A stretch of DNA of 64,000 nt from Ignavibacteriota bacterium (GCA_003170475.1 PMZI01000026.1:2114-66113), one strand, 5' to 3'. Counted from the first letter of the stretch, positions 1 to 10,396 are shown. Numbers and translations: made by a program. Notes: generated from the sequence alone by a model not told the origin.

Positions 1-12
1 TTCCGGGTCCTG

Positions 13-41
13 TTGCCTTTGAGGACACACTAGCGTAGTTT
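13..41 (+). promoter_or_regulatory. putative sigma70-type promoter TTGCCT-N17-TAGTTT
   Basis: -35/-10-like hexamers with a 17-nt spacer, 55 nt upstream of the ORF at 96; the same motif recurs at 36965, 54780 and 57724. Confidence 0.55.
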
Positions 42-95
42 AGAGTTGTCTTCCCATCCGATTGCTCACACAGACTTGCTCATACAACATTCTCA

Positions 96-2282
96 TTGGT
101 GCTCACAGTGAACGTACGCCGCAATCTTGTCCTCCTCATCGCTTTCCTTCTTGCGCAACCCTTTGCTGGTTTGGGCCAGGAGAAACAATCACAAGCCCTT
201 GCGGGGCCAATGAATGCTCTCATTCTCTGGAATGGATCAGCGTCCCGGGAAGACTCCGTCGACCAGGAGAGTTTCGCGACGATGACATCAAGCATGGGAT
301 TCGAGGCGCAGAAGGTCGATCCGCGACATCTGCTCACGACGCCCTTTGGCGAGAAGACTCTCCTGATTGTCCCACAAGCGTCCGCCCGATCCCTCTCCGG
401 AAAACAAGTTGCGTTGATTCTCGCTGAACTGCGGCGAGGCATCAGACTGGTGACCGACGGGGTGAGTCCACTCTCTTCTGCGCTCAGCATCAAGCACGGA
501 GGCGTTGCACGAACCGGTGTCGTTCTCGACAAAAGCCTGCCGCTCAACCATCTGCATTGGTCGGATCGGCCACGGGTTCCGTGGATTGCCGCCCCTCTGG
601 ACTCGTCGGCGCATGTGCTCTACGCTGATTCATCGACGGGGCACGCTCTCGCCGTGTCGGCCCTTCTTGACAAAGGGAAGTACATTTTTCTTGCGCCACT
701 TCTTGACGAAATCAGCGGCAAGGGGTATTCGAGATTTCCGACGCTGGTTCACGCCATGGTTCGCGAACTCGGGGCAACTCCGCCGTTTCGGCGCCATGGG
801 ATAGACGCGTATTTCGATCCCGGTTACCGCTTCACCATGCCCATGGAAAGTCTCGCTGCTCTCTGGAGAACATGGGGAATCCGCGCAGTGCACGCTGCAG
901 CGTGGTACTATAACAGCACGCCTCCATACGACTACAAAAGACTCATCGATGCAGCTCACAAGAATGGTATTCTTGTCTATGCATGGCTCGAATGGCCGCA
1001 TGTCGGACAGGGATTCTGGAATCAGCATCCCGAATGGCGACAAAAGAACGCACTTCTTCAGGATGCGAAGTTGGATTGGCTTAATCTCATGGATCTTCAG
1101 AATCCCGGTTGCATGAACGCAGCACTCAATGATCTGTCCCGGCAACTCCAATTGGATTGGGACGGCATCGACATTGCCGAGTTCACCATCACGGGAGCGG
1201 GGGGGGAGGCGTTGGAGGGTCCGGAAAGGCCTGACTACTTTACCAGTTTCGGTACCCCCATGCGGGCGGAATTTGCCAAGGTGGGCGGCTTTGATCCTCT
1301 GGAGCTTGAAAACCCAGCCTCGGAACATTTCTGGAAGCGCGATTCTGCCGGGCTGGAGAAATTTTATGAATACAGGCAAACGGTCAACAATCGCTTGCTG
1401 CGGCACGTCGTTGAGTTCATCGTAGACCTGAAGAGAACAGGGAATCGCGACTGGGAGCTGATTCATACCATCGTCGACAATAGTCTGCATCCCGAGTTCA
1501 ATCACCTTCTCGGATTTGATCTCAATGCGACGCTTGCTCTGGCAAGGGAATACGCAATCACGCTGAATGTCGAAGATCCCTATATGGAGTGGATTGCACC
1601 GCCAATCCGATACCGTCATCTGCGCGAGACTCTTGTTTCTCTCCTTCCCGATCGAAGTTCCATGATCGACATCAATGTCGTGCCTGTTCACCCCTTGTCT
1701 CAGTATGGATTTTCGTCTGATCAAGCAACAGGCACTGAATTGCTGCAACAAATTCAGGCAGCAGCTGAACAGAATGGCCGCGTCTGCATCTATTGCGAGT
1801 CGTCCGTCTTTGAACAAGACTGGCCGCTGATACCGGGAGCGATGGCAACCGGCGCGACCATAACACAAAACGGCGAGGTATGGGATATCAAGAGCCGCGC
1901 AACAGTCTCGTTGAACGTCGGGGTTGGAGACAGAACTGTGTTCATCGACGGAAAGCTCTGGCTGGGTCACGGGACTGATCGGATCCTCGTCCCATCGGGG
2001 AATCATCGACTTTCGATTCAGCCTGCCTCGAAAGATCAGATTCCTGCGAAACGGTCCTTACGTTTCATTGCTCTTTCCGGTGAACTCCTCGGATGCCGGG
2101 CCACGGAGTCGGGCATGGACATTCAGTATGTCTCTCCTTCAAGGTGCCTGCTCACGTTAGGTTATCCGACTGCGAAAGTATTCGTCGACGGAATTCCAAG
2201 GGATCTTCCGGTGTTGAAAGGAGCGGAGGGATACTTGGTGTTGGCACCCTCAGGGACGCATCGGCTATCAATTTCAAAGTGA
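96..2282 (+). CDS. exported hypothetical protein with glycoside-hydrolase-like TIM-barrel region
   Basis: 728-aa ORF with hydrophobic signal-like N-terminus; segments 'LIDAAHKNGILVYAWLEW' and 'MDLQNP...WDGIDIAE' resemble GHL10/GH-like barrels; start codon (TTG 96 vs GTG 108) uncertain. Confidence 0.6.
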   Translation: MVLTVNVRRNLVLLIAFLLAQPFAGLGQEKQSQALAGPMNALILWNGSASREDSVDQESFATMTSSMGFEAQKVDPRHLLTTPFGEKTLLIVPQASARSLSGKQVALILAELRRGIRLVTDGVSPLSSALSIKHGGVARTGVVLDKSLPLNHLHWSDRPRVPWIAAPLDSSAHVLYADSSTGHALAVSALLDKGKYIFLAPLLDEISGKGYSRFPTLVHAMVRELGATPPFRRHGIDAYFDPGYRFTMPMESLAALWRTWGIRAVHAAAWYYNSTPPYDYKRLIDAAHKNGILVYAWLEWPHVGQGFWNQHPEWRQKNALLQDAKLDWLNLMDLQNPGCMNAALNDLSRQLQLDWDGIDIAEFTITGAGGEALEGPERPDYFTSFGTPMRAEFAKVGGFDPLELENPASEHFWKRDSAGLEKFYEYRQTVNNRLLRHVVEFIVDLKRTGNRDWELIHTIVDNSLHPEFNHLLGFDLNATLALAREYAITLNVEDPYMEWIAPPIRYRHLRETLVSLLPDRSSMIDINVVPVHPLSQYGFSSDQATGTELLQQIQAAAEQNGRVCIYCESSVFEQDWPLIPGAMATGATITQNGEVWDIKSRATVSLNVGVGDRTVFIDGKLWLGHGTDRILVPSGNHRLSIQPASKDQIPAKRSLRFIALSGELLGCRATESGMDIQYVSPSRCLLTLGYPTAKVFVDGIPRDLPVLKGAEGYLVLAPSGTHRLSISK

Positions 2283-2288
2283 GCGACT

Positions 2289-3506
2289 GTGGTTGTTGAG
2301 CACGGGACGAAAAACATTGTTGTCATCGGTGCCGGGTACGGAGGAATCACGGCGGCACTCAGGCTGGACAGATTGTTTCGCCATCTGCCTGATTACAGTA
2401 TTCACCTCATCGACAAGAACCCGTTCCACACGCTCAAGACCCAGCTTCATGAAGCTGCTGTACACAAACGCGGAGTAACGATCGATATTGGTCGGATCAT
2501 CCGACGCCAGAGAATCATCTTCCACCTCGGAATCACCACAGCGATCAATCTTCGCGAGAAGACGATACACATCGGAGATCAGCCTTTCCCATTTGAGTTC
2601 CTCGTCGTTGCCCTCGGAAGCCAGACCAACTTTCACAACATCGCAGGTCTCGAGCAATTCGCTCTGACGCTTCAGAGTGCCTCAGATGCTGAGAAAATCT
2701 ATCAGCACATCTCGGTGATGTGTGCCAGGGCATCCTCAGAGCCTGATCCGAACGTCCGAAAACGAATGCTTCGCTTTGTCATTGGGGGAGGCGGCCTGAC
2801 CGGCATCGAACTCGCCGGGGAACTGGTAGACCACATTTCTCAGAGTCTCAGAGATTATCAACTCTCCGGGGGTTCGCCCGAAATTATTATCGTGGAGGCT
2901 TCGGAGGACATACTCCCAGCTTCGGACAAAGAGCTGCGGGAGCAAGTTCGAAAGAGGCTGCTCGAAAAAGGTGTCCGCCTTCTGGCAAATACAAGAGTTG
3001 TGGAGGTTTCATTGTCGGGTGTGACGCTCTCCAACGGCGAAGTGCTTCGTTCCGGGACAATGATCTGGACCGGCGGGATCCGAATTGCTGATGTGGCCAG
3101 GGAGAGCGGATTCTCGATCGGGCAATCGGGGCGAATTGTCGTGAATGAGTACCTCCAATCTGTCTCTGATCCGTCGGTATACGCGATCGGCGACAATGCC
3201 CTGGCTATCAATCCCGCGACAGGGCATCCCGTTCCGGCGGCAGCTCAGTTCGCACTTCAGCAGGGGAGACTTGTCGCAGAAAATATTTATGCGGATGTCC
3301 TGGGCACGTCGCAGCGTCGGTATGTTCCGAAAGTCTGGGGCGAGGTGGTGAGTCTCGGACGACATCTCGCTGCCGCCTGGCTTGCGCTTCCCATCCTCCG
3401 GAAGCTGGCATTTGTCGGCTTCATCGCCAGTTTGTTGAAGGCGGCGATCGCAGAGAAGCATATCATCCTTCTGAAGAAAGAGAGCAGGAATTGGATATCG
3501 TACTGA
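2289..3506 (+). CDS. NAD(P)/FAD-dependent oxidoreductase, type II NADH dehydrogenase family
   Basis: Two Rossmann motifs (VIGAGYGG; IGGGGLTGIELAGEL), 'VYAIGD', 'AQFALQQG'. Confidence 0.85.
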   Translation: MVVEHGTKNIVVIGAGYGGITAALRLDRLFRHLPDYSIHLIDKNPFHTLKTQLHEAAVHKRGVTIDIGRIIRRQRIIFHLGITTAINLREKTIHIGDQPFPFEFLVVALGSQTNFHNIAGLEQFALTLQSASDAEKIYQHISVMCARASSEPDPNVRKRMLRFVIGGGGLTGIELAGELVDHISQSLRDYQLSGGSPEIIIVEASEDILPASDKELREQVRKRLLEKGVRLLANTRVVEVSLSGVTLSNGEVLRSGTMIWTGGIRIADVARESGFSIGQSGRIVVNEYLQSVSDPSVYAIGDNALAINPATGHPVPAAAQFALQQGRLVAENIYADVLGTSQRRYVPKVWGEVVSLGRHLAAAWLALPILRKLAFVGFIASLLKAAIAEKHIILLKKESRNWISY

Positions 3507-3536
3507 TCGTTCTGCTTCCGCGGGATGAGGGTTCGT

Positions 3537-4124
3537 TCAGGAATTGTTCGCGTCGGGTGGATAGTCTTCCGGAGTGTTGAAATTGCTCAGAAGGTTGTCT
3601 TTGTAGAAGGAGAGATCGGGAGTAACTGGTATGATGGTCGCTCCGAGCTTGTCGACGAACTCGAGAACCCGATACTGCCCGGCCTCGAGTTGATCTATCG
3701 CCGTTTGCAGGCACTGGTGTGTGTAGATGCCGCAGAGAGGATGGATTTGCTCATGCATATGAGCTATCGCCGCGGGAGCGGTTGTGGGATATGCGGCCAG
3801 AAATGTCACAAGCTCTCTTGAGATGAAAGGAGTGTCGCAGGCAGATACGAAGATGTTTGCACCGTCGGCATGAAGCAAAGCCGAGTGTATCCCGCCGAGT
3901 GGACCTCGATCCCGATAGATATCTTCGAAGGATTCCATCCCGAGGAATCGATATGCAGAAGCGTCGTTTGTCATCAGGATAACCCGGTCGAAGATCGCTT
4001 GCAGAGTCGTGGCGACGTGGGCGATGAAAGGGCGACCGTCGAGCCTCAAGAGAGCTTTATCGACGCCCATGCGAGAACTCTTGCCGCCGGCAAGTATGAC
4101 GCCGGTGATCGTGCTGTTTTTCAT
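3537..4124 (-). CDS. mobA: molybdenum cofactor guanylyltransferase
   Basis: 'GVILAGGKSSRMGVDKA', 'GPLGGI', 'ACDTPF', 'NFNTPED'; start reassigned to ATG 4124 (MKNSTITG). Confidence 0.9.
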   Translation of the reverse strand: MKNSTITGVILAGGKSSRMGVDKALLRLDGRPFIAHVATTLQAIFDRVILMTNDASAYRFLGMESFEDIYRDRGPLGGIHSALLHADGANIFVSACDTPFISRELVTFLAAYPTTAPAAIAHMHEQIHPLCGIYTHQCLQTAIDQLEAGQYRVLEFVDKLGATIIPVTPDLSFYKDNLLSNFNTPEDYPPDANNS

Positions 4125-4306
4125 GAGACCTGCCCGTCGTTTCGAACTCACACCAATCTTGTTCTGTATTGCGCGGACGTAACATGGGAATGTGTGCGAC
4201 CTGGAGCAATATAACTCGACGCACTCGTTCAAGCAACAGGAGAAGTTTTCCCCAACAGCGCCTCTCTGAAAGCCGCGGATCTGTTCGACACCTCTAGGCT
4301 CTTGTC

Positions 4307-4335
4307 TTGATTGTCGCCTTTTCGTCACTTACATT
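4307..4335 (+). promoter_or_regulatory. putative sigma70 promoter TTGATT-N17-TACATT
   Basis: Consensus-like hexamers with a 17-nt spacer upstream of the hemerythrin-domain gene. Confidence 0.45.
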
Positions 4336-4399
4336 GAAACTCCGATGATTGCAGAAAGAGATTGTTGATCTTCTTCTAACCATTGTGGTTAGGGAGTAC

Positions 4400-4903
4400 A
4401 TGAACGGCACCCTCTACAAATTCTTTGTTGGAGACCACAGAAGGCTCGAGAAAATACTGAATCAAGCGACGGCCAGCGCTCCAAAATATGATCTGGATCT
4501 CTACGGCGAATTCCGCGCCGGTTTGCTTAAGCACATCAAGATGGAAGAAAACGTCATTATTCCTGAGGCTCAGAAGGTGCGCGAAGGCAAGCCTCTCGCG
4601 ATTGCACCTAAACTGAGGCTTGAGCACGGCGCGCTCGTGGCCTTACTGGTACCCCCTCCCTCAACGAAGATTGTGAAGGCGCTTCGAGGAATCCTGTCGA
4701 ACCATAACCGGGCGGAGGAGGTCCAGGGGGGACTCTATGATCTGTGCGAACGCCTTGCAGGCGAACAACTCGATGATTTGATGAAGAAGGTTGAAGATCT
4801 TCCGGAGGTGCCGGTGCTTCCCCACAAAAGTGGACCGAACATTTTGGAAGCAGCGAAACGGGCTCTGGAAAGAGCGGGGTACAATCTGGATGACTACTCT
4901 TGA
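4400..4903 (+). CDS. hemerythrin/HHE cation-binding domain protein
   Basis: Motifs DHRRLE, HIKMEE, LEH, HNRAEE; ATG 4400 preceded by AGGGAG. Confidence 0.75.
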   Translation: MNGTLYKFFVGDHRRLEKILNQATASAPKYDLDLYGEFRAGLLKHIKMEENVIIPEAQKVREGKPLAIAPKLRLEHGALVALLVPPPSTKIVKALRGILSNHNRAEEVQGGLYDLCERLAGEQLDDLMKKVEDLPEVPVLPHKSGPNILEAAKRALERAGYNLDDYS

Positions 4904-5066
4904 GGCCGACGACAATCGCAGTTCTCGGATTCGTGAACACTGATCGACCATCAAACAGCGAAACTCCGCACATCCTCTCCTCATCGCACGCCTTATTGCT
5001 CATCAATTGTGAAGCGCTGGTTCCAGGGCTTGAAACCTATGAATGTCCACCATGGAGAAATGTGAA

Positions 5067-6404
5067 ATGAACAAACACGGACTCGTCGCAGTTCTCGTAT
5101 CTCTTGTTGTCGCAACGGCTCTTTCGAGTGCTCGGCAAACGGATCAGGCGAAAAAAGAAGGTCCCGCTATCGCCGGAAAGGAATTCGTCGAGTTGCTCGC
5201 CAAAGGTGAATATGCAAAAGCCGTTGCGATGTTTGATAGCACGATGAAGTCCGTTATGCCCGAGGCAAAGCTGAAAGAGACATGGGAAGCGGTCACAGCG
5301 CAGGTGGGTGCGTTCAAGGACATGACCGGTGTGAAGGTGCAGAAATATCAGGCGTATGACATCGTTCTGGTCACATGCCAGTGTGAGCGAAAGACCTTTG
5401 ATACGAAAGTGGTCTTCAATGCCGCCGGCCGGGTCGCGGGCTTGTTCTTCGCTGAGTCGGCCTCCGAATACAAAGCTCCGTTGTATGTCAATCGAGGATC
5501 GTTCAAAGAAGAGGAAGTCATTGTGGGAAGCGGCGAATGGTCTCTGCACGGAACCCTGAGCATTCCCAGTGGAGATGGACCGTTTCCTGCTCTTGTCTTG
5601 GTGCACGGATCTGGCCCCAACGATCGTGATGAGACCATCGGGCCCAACAAGCCGTTTCGTGACTTGGCGTGGGGTCTTGCTTCAAACGGCATTGCTGTCC
5701 TCCGCTATGAGAAGCGGACCAAGGAACATGCCGCAGGTATTGTGTCCCTGATGAACTCATTGACTGTGAAAGAGGAAACGATTGACGATGCTCTCGCCGC
5801 TGTTGAGCTCCTCCGAAAGACGAAAGTAATCGACGCACATCGGATCTCTGTTTTGGGACACAGCCTCGGTGGGATGCTTGTGCCGCGCATTGGCAAACTC
5901 GATGCCGGAATCGCAGCATTTGTTGTACTGGCCGGCCTGACCCGGCCTCTCGAAGATGCAATGCTGGAACAGATGACCTACATCATCGGCCTCAAAGGAA
6001 AGACTTCAGACGCGGACAAAAAACAGCTTGAAGAGATCCGGACAAAAGTGGATAAGATCAAGAGTCTCAAGGCATCCGATGCAAGATCTTCGGAATTGGT
6101 CTTTTCTGCGCCTCCGTCGTACTGGCTCGACTTGCGCGGATATGATCCTCCGGAGACTGCCCGCACATTGAAACAACCCATGCTCGTACTGCAAGGAGAA
6201 CGCGATTATCAAGTCACGATGAAAGATTTCGAGCGTTGGAAGACGACGCTCGGTGGGAAGGGGAACGTGGAATTCAAATCATATCCAAAACTGAATCATC
6301 TGTTCATCGATGGTGAAGGAAAGTCGATTCCTTCGGAGTACGAAAAGGTTGGTCACGTTGCCGCGTACGTGATCGAAGATATCGCTCGATGGATAAAGAG
6401 GTAG
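5067..6404 (+). CDS. exported alpha/beta hydrolase with N-terminal DUF3887-like domain
   Basis: Signal peptide; 'HGSGPNDRD', nucleophile elbow GHSLGG, 'QGERDYQV', 'LNHLF'; start probably ATG 5067. Confidence 0.85.
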   Translation: MNKHGLVAVLVSLVVATALSSARQTDQAKKEGPAIAGKEFVELLAKGEYAKAVAMFDSTMKSVMPEAKLKETWEAVTAQVGAFKDMTGVKVQKYQAYDIVLVTCQCERKTFDTKVVFNAAGRVAGLFFAESASEYKAPLYVNRGSFKEEEVIVGSGEWSLHGTLSIPSGDGPFPALVLVHGSGPNDRDETIGPNKPFRDLAWGLASNGIAVLRYEKRTKEHAAGIVSLMNSLTVKEETIDDALAAVELLRKTKVIDAHRISVLGHSLGGMLVPRIGKLDAGIAAFVVLAGLTRPLEDAMLEQMTYIIGLKGKTSDADKKQLEEIRTKVDKIKSLKASDARSSELVFSAPPSYWLDLRGYDPPETARTLKQPMLVLQGERDYQVTMKDFERWKTTLGGKGNVEFKSYPKLNHLFIDGEGKSIPSEYEKVGHVAAYVIEDIARWIKR

Positions 6405-6438
6405 CCAGACCATAGCCCCAGTTGCCTCGTAAAAGACG

Positions 6439-6467
6439 AAATCCCCCGGTATCCTCGGGGGATTTTT
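6439..6467. terminator. intrinsic terminator, probably bidirectional
   Basis: AAATCCCCCG...CGGGGGATTT stem with T-run, between convergent genes. Confidence 0.75.
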
Positions 6468-6494
6468 GTTGACTTCGAAGAGAAGACGATGCGA

Positions 6495-7310
6495 CTATGA
6501 TCCAGTGAGTGAGTGCCAGGTTTCCTTTTCAAGGAAACTGCCCTGAACGTTCGACTCCATTTCGTGGAACATCTTCAGCGGAACAGCAAACGTGAGAATG
6601 TCGTGTCCGAGTGTTGGGGCGGTGTACGTTCTTGCCGCGATATCGGTCAGTCCGATCACAGCGCGGGGGCGTTCGGATATCGCTTCCTCATACGCCAGAA
6701 TACCGATGCTCTGACACCCTGCGACCGGTTGAATGGTAACTGCATCAAGGGTGCCGCGGTTGTAGTTGGCGAGTGAAACCAGCGCCGAAAGTTGATCTGC
6801 GTTGACCGGGAAAATCACGACCTGCGGTTGCTCCTTCGACTCGTCGACGCTGCTGAGAGGCTTGAACACAACATATCGCTCGGCGATATCGACCATCGGC
6901 ATGGAATCGACGAACACCCTTGCCAGTTCCGGCGATTTGACAAGCCCTTCGCCGTGGAGGAAACGCTCGACGGAGACCTTGCGCCCCGTGCGTGCTATCT
7001 GCTCTGCGATTTCCGAAGCATCCGCGCGATCTGCATTTCCATTCGACAGGAATCCATAGAAACACTCGATCCCTCCACGCCAATGGACGTATTGATTCCC
7101 GAATCCCAGCCCGACACCTCCTCCGAGGCAACCGAATGTCTGCCGATCGAACACAGCGGTCTTTCCTGTTGCCGCCTGAGCAAACATTGCCATGACGCAA
7201 CCCCATTTGTCCTGATGAAACTGGAGAGCGTCAGTTGGCTTGTCATTTGTCCACAGGAGAGCAACAGGGTGATGCTTAAGGCGAAGCGCAGAAGAAAGTG
7301 TACAGTCCAT
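6495..7310 (-). CDS. DUF169-family protein
   Basis: 'WGCVM', 'FGCLGGGVGLGFG', 'NADQLSALV', 'AGCQ', 'GLTDIAAR' pattern typical of DUF169. Confidence 0.7.
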   Translation of the reverse strand: MDCTLSSALRLKHHPVALLWTNDKPTDALQFHQDKWGCVMAMFAQAATGKTAVFDRQTFGCLGGGVGLGFGNQYVHWRGGIECFYGFLSNGNADRADASEIAEQIARTGRKVSVERFLHGEGLVKSPELARVFVDSMPMVDIAERYVVFKPLSSVDESKEQPQVVIFPVNADQLSALVSLANYNRGTLDAVTIQPVAGCQSIGILAYEEAISERPRAVIGLTDIAARTYTAPTLGHDILTFAVPLKMFHEMESNVQGSFLEKETWHSLTGS

Positions 7311-7442
7311 CAGAAGTCCTCAGCGAAATGATCAGAAGTGAGTGAACTCAATATAGCTCCTGACTCTTCCAGAGGCAACGACGAGGTGAATGGGATCTTT
7401 TCGTATCTCGCCGTCTGATCTCAGAGATCGATTCTCGCTTCC

Positions 7443-7471
7443 TTGCAATTGAACCGTCCCTTTTGTACCAT
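7443..7471 (+). promoter_or_regulatory. putative sigma70 promoter TTGCAA-N17-TACCAT
   Basis: Hexamers with a 17-nt spacer about 100 nt upstream of ATG 7570. Confidence 0.5.
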
Positions 7472-7569
7472 TTCAGCACTCGAGATGATCGTGAATGTCA
7501 TTTTCAGAATTGAGAACATTCACCACTCGCCAATCCCCGTCGTCAATGATCACCCAAAAGGAAACTTTC

Positions 7570-9162
7570 ATGTCACAGCGGCTCCCAGTCTTGATCAGCG
7601 TCGTGTGTGCTCTCGTCATGGTTTCAGGTTGTGCCACTCTCAGGCAGGGAGGCGGCGCCGAGAAAGTAAAGATCGGTCCGCGAGTAGAGCGTGAATTCCG
7701 GGGGGTCTGGGTTGCAACGGTGGACAACATCGATTGGCCCACCAAACCGGGATTGTCTACAGAGACTCAGAAAAAAGAAGCGCTTGCGATTCTGGATACT
7801 GTCGTTGCTCTTCGTCTGAATGCCATCGTGCTTCAGGTGCGTCCTCATTGTGACGCGATGTACGCAAGCCAACTGGAACCGTGGTCGTATTACCTGAACG
7901 GCGTTCAGGGAAAGGCTCCTGATCCGTACTATGATCCTCTTCAATTTTGGGTTGAGGAGGCCCACAAACGAGGGATTGAGCTCCACGCATGGTTCAATCC
8001 TTACCGCGCCCATATGGCAAAGGGGGGCGAAGTCACGGACAGCTCCATTGTCAGGAAACGACCGGGACTCGCGAAAAAGCTCAAAGACGGAATGTACTGG
8101 CTCGATCCGGCAAAACAGGAAGTTCAGGATCATTCTTACAGTGTGGTGATGGACGTCGTCAGGCGGTATGACATTGACGGAGTACATTTTGACGACTATT
8201 TCTATCCCTACGGAGACGGATCATTCCCTGATGACGACACATGGGCCGAGTACCAGAAATCCGGAGGATCGCTCACACGTGAAGATTGGAGGCGTGGAGC
8301 GGTGAATGCATTTATCGAACGAGTGTATCACGGAATCAAAAAGGAAAAGCCGTACGTGAAATTCGGCATCAGCCCCTTCGGCATCGGAAAGCCCGGAGAT
8401 CCACCGTCAATCCAAGGATTTGACCAGTATAGCGGGCTCTATGCCGACGCCGTTCTCTGGCTCCACGAAGGATGGATCGACTACTGGTCACCGCAGCTTT
8501 ACTGGGCCGTCAATCAAGTTCCACAGAGTTTTCCTGTGTTGCTGGGTTGGTGGGTGAAGGAGAACACGAGGGCTCGCCATGTATGGCCGGGAATGTACAC
8601 GGTGTCGTATCTCAAAGGGACGGCAAACGACAAAGGTGTGGATGAGGTCTTCAACCAGATCATGATAGAGCGTGGTTTCGTCAACGACGCGCCGGGACAC
8701 ATTCATTTCAGCATGAAGGGATTTCAGAGAGACAGCAGCACGCTCAATGCAGGACTCAGGTCAGGCCCATATCAGAAAATGGCACTCGTACCGCCGTCCC
8801 CATGGCTCGATGACGAACCTCCGTTGGCTCCAAAACTCGAAACGTCAATCGTCGGCGACTCATTGCTCGCGATTTCATGGACTCATGAGAATCCAACGGA
8901 CGTCTTTCGTTGGGTGGTGTACTACAAGTACAACAATGCGTGGGAGTACACAATCCTGAATGCTCAGGAGCGAAGTATCGCACTGCCGCTGTCCACAGCT
9001 GTACTGGAGCGGCCACGAGCCCGACGGGGCGATCAGGCAATCGCTCAGACACGAATCGAATCGCTCTCGAATATCGCTATATCGGCAGTGGACCGCACCG
9101 GAAACGAAAGTGAATTGATATTCCATGGCATTGCCCCAAAACCATCACAAGCAGTACAGTGA
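7570..9162 (+). CDS. glycosyl hydrolase-like family 10 (YddW/DigH-like) lipoprotein
   Basis: Lipobox VSGC; 'EFRGVWVATVDNIDWP', 'ELHAWFNPYR', 'DGVHFDDYFYPY', 'GISPFGI', 'PQLYW'. Confidence 0.88.
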   Translation: MSQRLPVLISVVCALVMVSGCATLRQGGGAEKVKIGPRVEREFRGVWVATVDNIDWPTKPGLSTETQKKEALAILDTVVALRLNAIVLQVRPHCDAMYASQLEPWSYYLNGVQGKAPDPYYDPLQFWVEEAHKRGIELHAWFNPYRAHMAKGGEVTDSSIVRKRPGLAKKLKDGMYWLDPAKQEVQDHSYSVVMDVVRRYDIDGVHFDDYFYPYGDGSFPDDDTWAEYQKSGGSLTREDWRRGAVNAFIERVYHGIKKEKPYVKFGISPFGIGKPGDPPSIQGFDQYSGLYADAVLWLHEGWIDYWSPQLYWAVNQVPQSFPVLLGWWVKENTRARHVWPGMYTVSYLKGTANDKGVDEVFNQIMIERGFVNDAPGHIHFSMKGFQRDSSTLNAGLRSGPYQKMALVPPSPWLDDEPPLAPKLETSIVGDSLLAISWTHENPTDVFRWVVYYKYNNAWEYTILNAQERSIALPLSTAVLERPRARRGDQAIAQTRIESLSNIAISAVDRTGNESELIFHGIAPKPSQAVQ

Positions 9163-9199
9163 CCGAAAAAACCGTTTCTCTTTGAAAGGGAGGCTCACA

Positions 9200-9382
9200 G
9201 TGAATACGACAGACAAGACCGATCTCATGACCGCTGGCAAGATTGCAGAGGAACTTGCTATTCCAGGTGCGAAAGTGAAGAAGGCGATTGCAGATTTGAA
9301 GATTAAGCCTGTAGCGAAGAAGGGGGTATGCAGCTACTACTCAAGAGACGTTGTCGCTAAGATCAGGGCCGCTGTCAAGTAG
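9200..9382 (+). CDS. small basic protein with putative helix-turn-helix
   Basis: GTG 9200 preceded by GGGAGG; 'LMTAGKIAEELAIPGAKVKKAI' resembles a MerR/excisionase-like HTH; Lys-rich. Confidence 0.6.
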   Translation: MNTTDKTDLMTAGKIAEELAIPGAKVKKAIADLKIKPVAKKGVCSYYSRDVVAKIRAAVK

Positions 9383-9605
9383 GTGAGTGTGTTCATTGGT
9401 GAGTTGCTAAATCGTGAGTGGTGAACCGGGCTTTAAACAAGCCAAGCCTTTAACCATATATCGAGTTAACTCATGAACCAGGCAACGGACAGAACGGTCA
9501 CAATCGAGGATCCCCTCTTTCTCTTGGCAAGGAAACCTTCGGCTCAGAATTCCTGTTTACTAGCTACACGATAATTGTTCTATACCAGTCCAAGGAGTTC
9601 TTGAA

Positions 9606-10334
9606 ATGATGAATGGGTTTAAGACAGAGGCAGGAATAGAAGTCCCCCCGGTGAATGTCTCGCAAATGCGAGAGGTTGACCGCATTGCTGTTGAGGAAAT
9701 GGGCCTGACGCTCTTCCAAATGATGGAAAACGCAGGACGCACCGTGGCACAGTTCTCCCTGGAAGTGCTGAAATGGCAGGGGCAGTCGGCGAAGGTTTTG
9801 GTTCTTGTCGGAAGCGGAGGCAACGGAGGTGGGGGGCTCTGCGCCGCCCGGCATATAGCGAATCGCTCGGTCAATGTCGATGTCTGTTACGCCGACCCTG
9901 CCAAGTTGAATGAATCGGCGGCCTGCCAGAGGAAAATCCTTAATTCCACACCTGCCAAGGAAACGGTGTCTTCGGCTCTTTCCGGGAAAACATACGATCT
10001 TATCATTGACGCTCTGATAGGAAATGGACTGGATTCCGCTCCGCGAGGAGAAGCTGCAGCTCTGATTCGGTGGGCAAATGAATCGAAGACCCCAATTCTT
10101 TCGCTGGATGTTCCCTCCGGTGTCAATGCGACAACAGGGGAGACACCCGGCGATTACATTCGGCCACGTTGGACGATCACCCTGGCTCTGCCCAAGACCG
10201 GCCTCTCTCCGGAGTTGACGGGGAATCTCTTTCTGGCAGATCTCGGCATCCCTCCGAAGGCCTTTCAGAAGGTGAATCTGCAATATACCAATCCATTCGG
10301 CAGCACCTTCTGGGTTCCTCTGACCAAATGGTGA
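9606..10334 (+). CDS. nnrE: NAD(P)H-hydrate epimerase (stand-alone YjeF N-terminal domain)
   Basis: 'MMENAG', 'GSGGNGGGGL.AAR', 'IDALIG.GL', 'SLDVPSG', 'LADLGIP'. Confidence 0.88.
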   Translation: MMNGFKTEAGIEVPPVNVSQMREVDRIAVEEMGLTLFQMMENAGRTVAQFSLEVLKWQGQSAKVLVLVGSGGNGGGGLCAARHIANRSVNVDVCYADPAKLNESAACQRKILNSTPAKETVSSALSGKTYDLIIDALIGNGLDSAPRGEAAALIRWANESKTPILSLDVPSGVNATTGETPGDYIRPRWTITLALPKTGLSPELTGNLFLADLGIPPKAFQKVNLQYTNPFGSTFWVPLTKW

Positions 10335-10396
10335 TTGGAAAACTCAGAAGTGTGAACACGTTGACGTGACCAGAACCCTGAAGAAGGACGTCTTAC

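Noticed and set aside
630..2006. 458-aa antisense ORF, and other long antisense ORFs such as 12828-13607, 20377-21535 and 33696-34478
   Set aside because: They lie wholly opposite well-supported genes and have no recognisable motifs; typical shadow ORFs.
4125..4328. N-terminal extension of mobA, or a Moco riboswitch upstream
   Set aside because: Family homology begins at ATG 4124; no riboswitch consensus could be recognised by eye.
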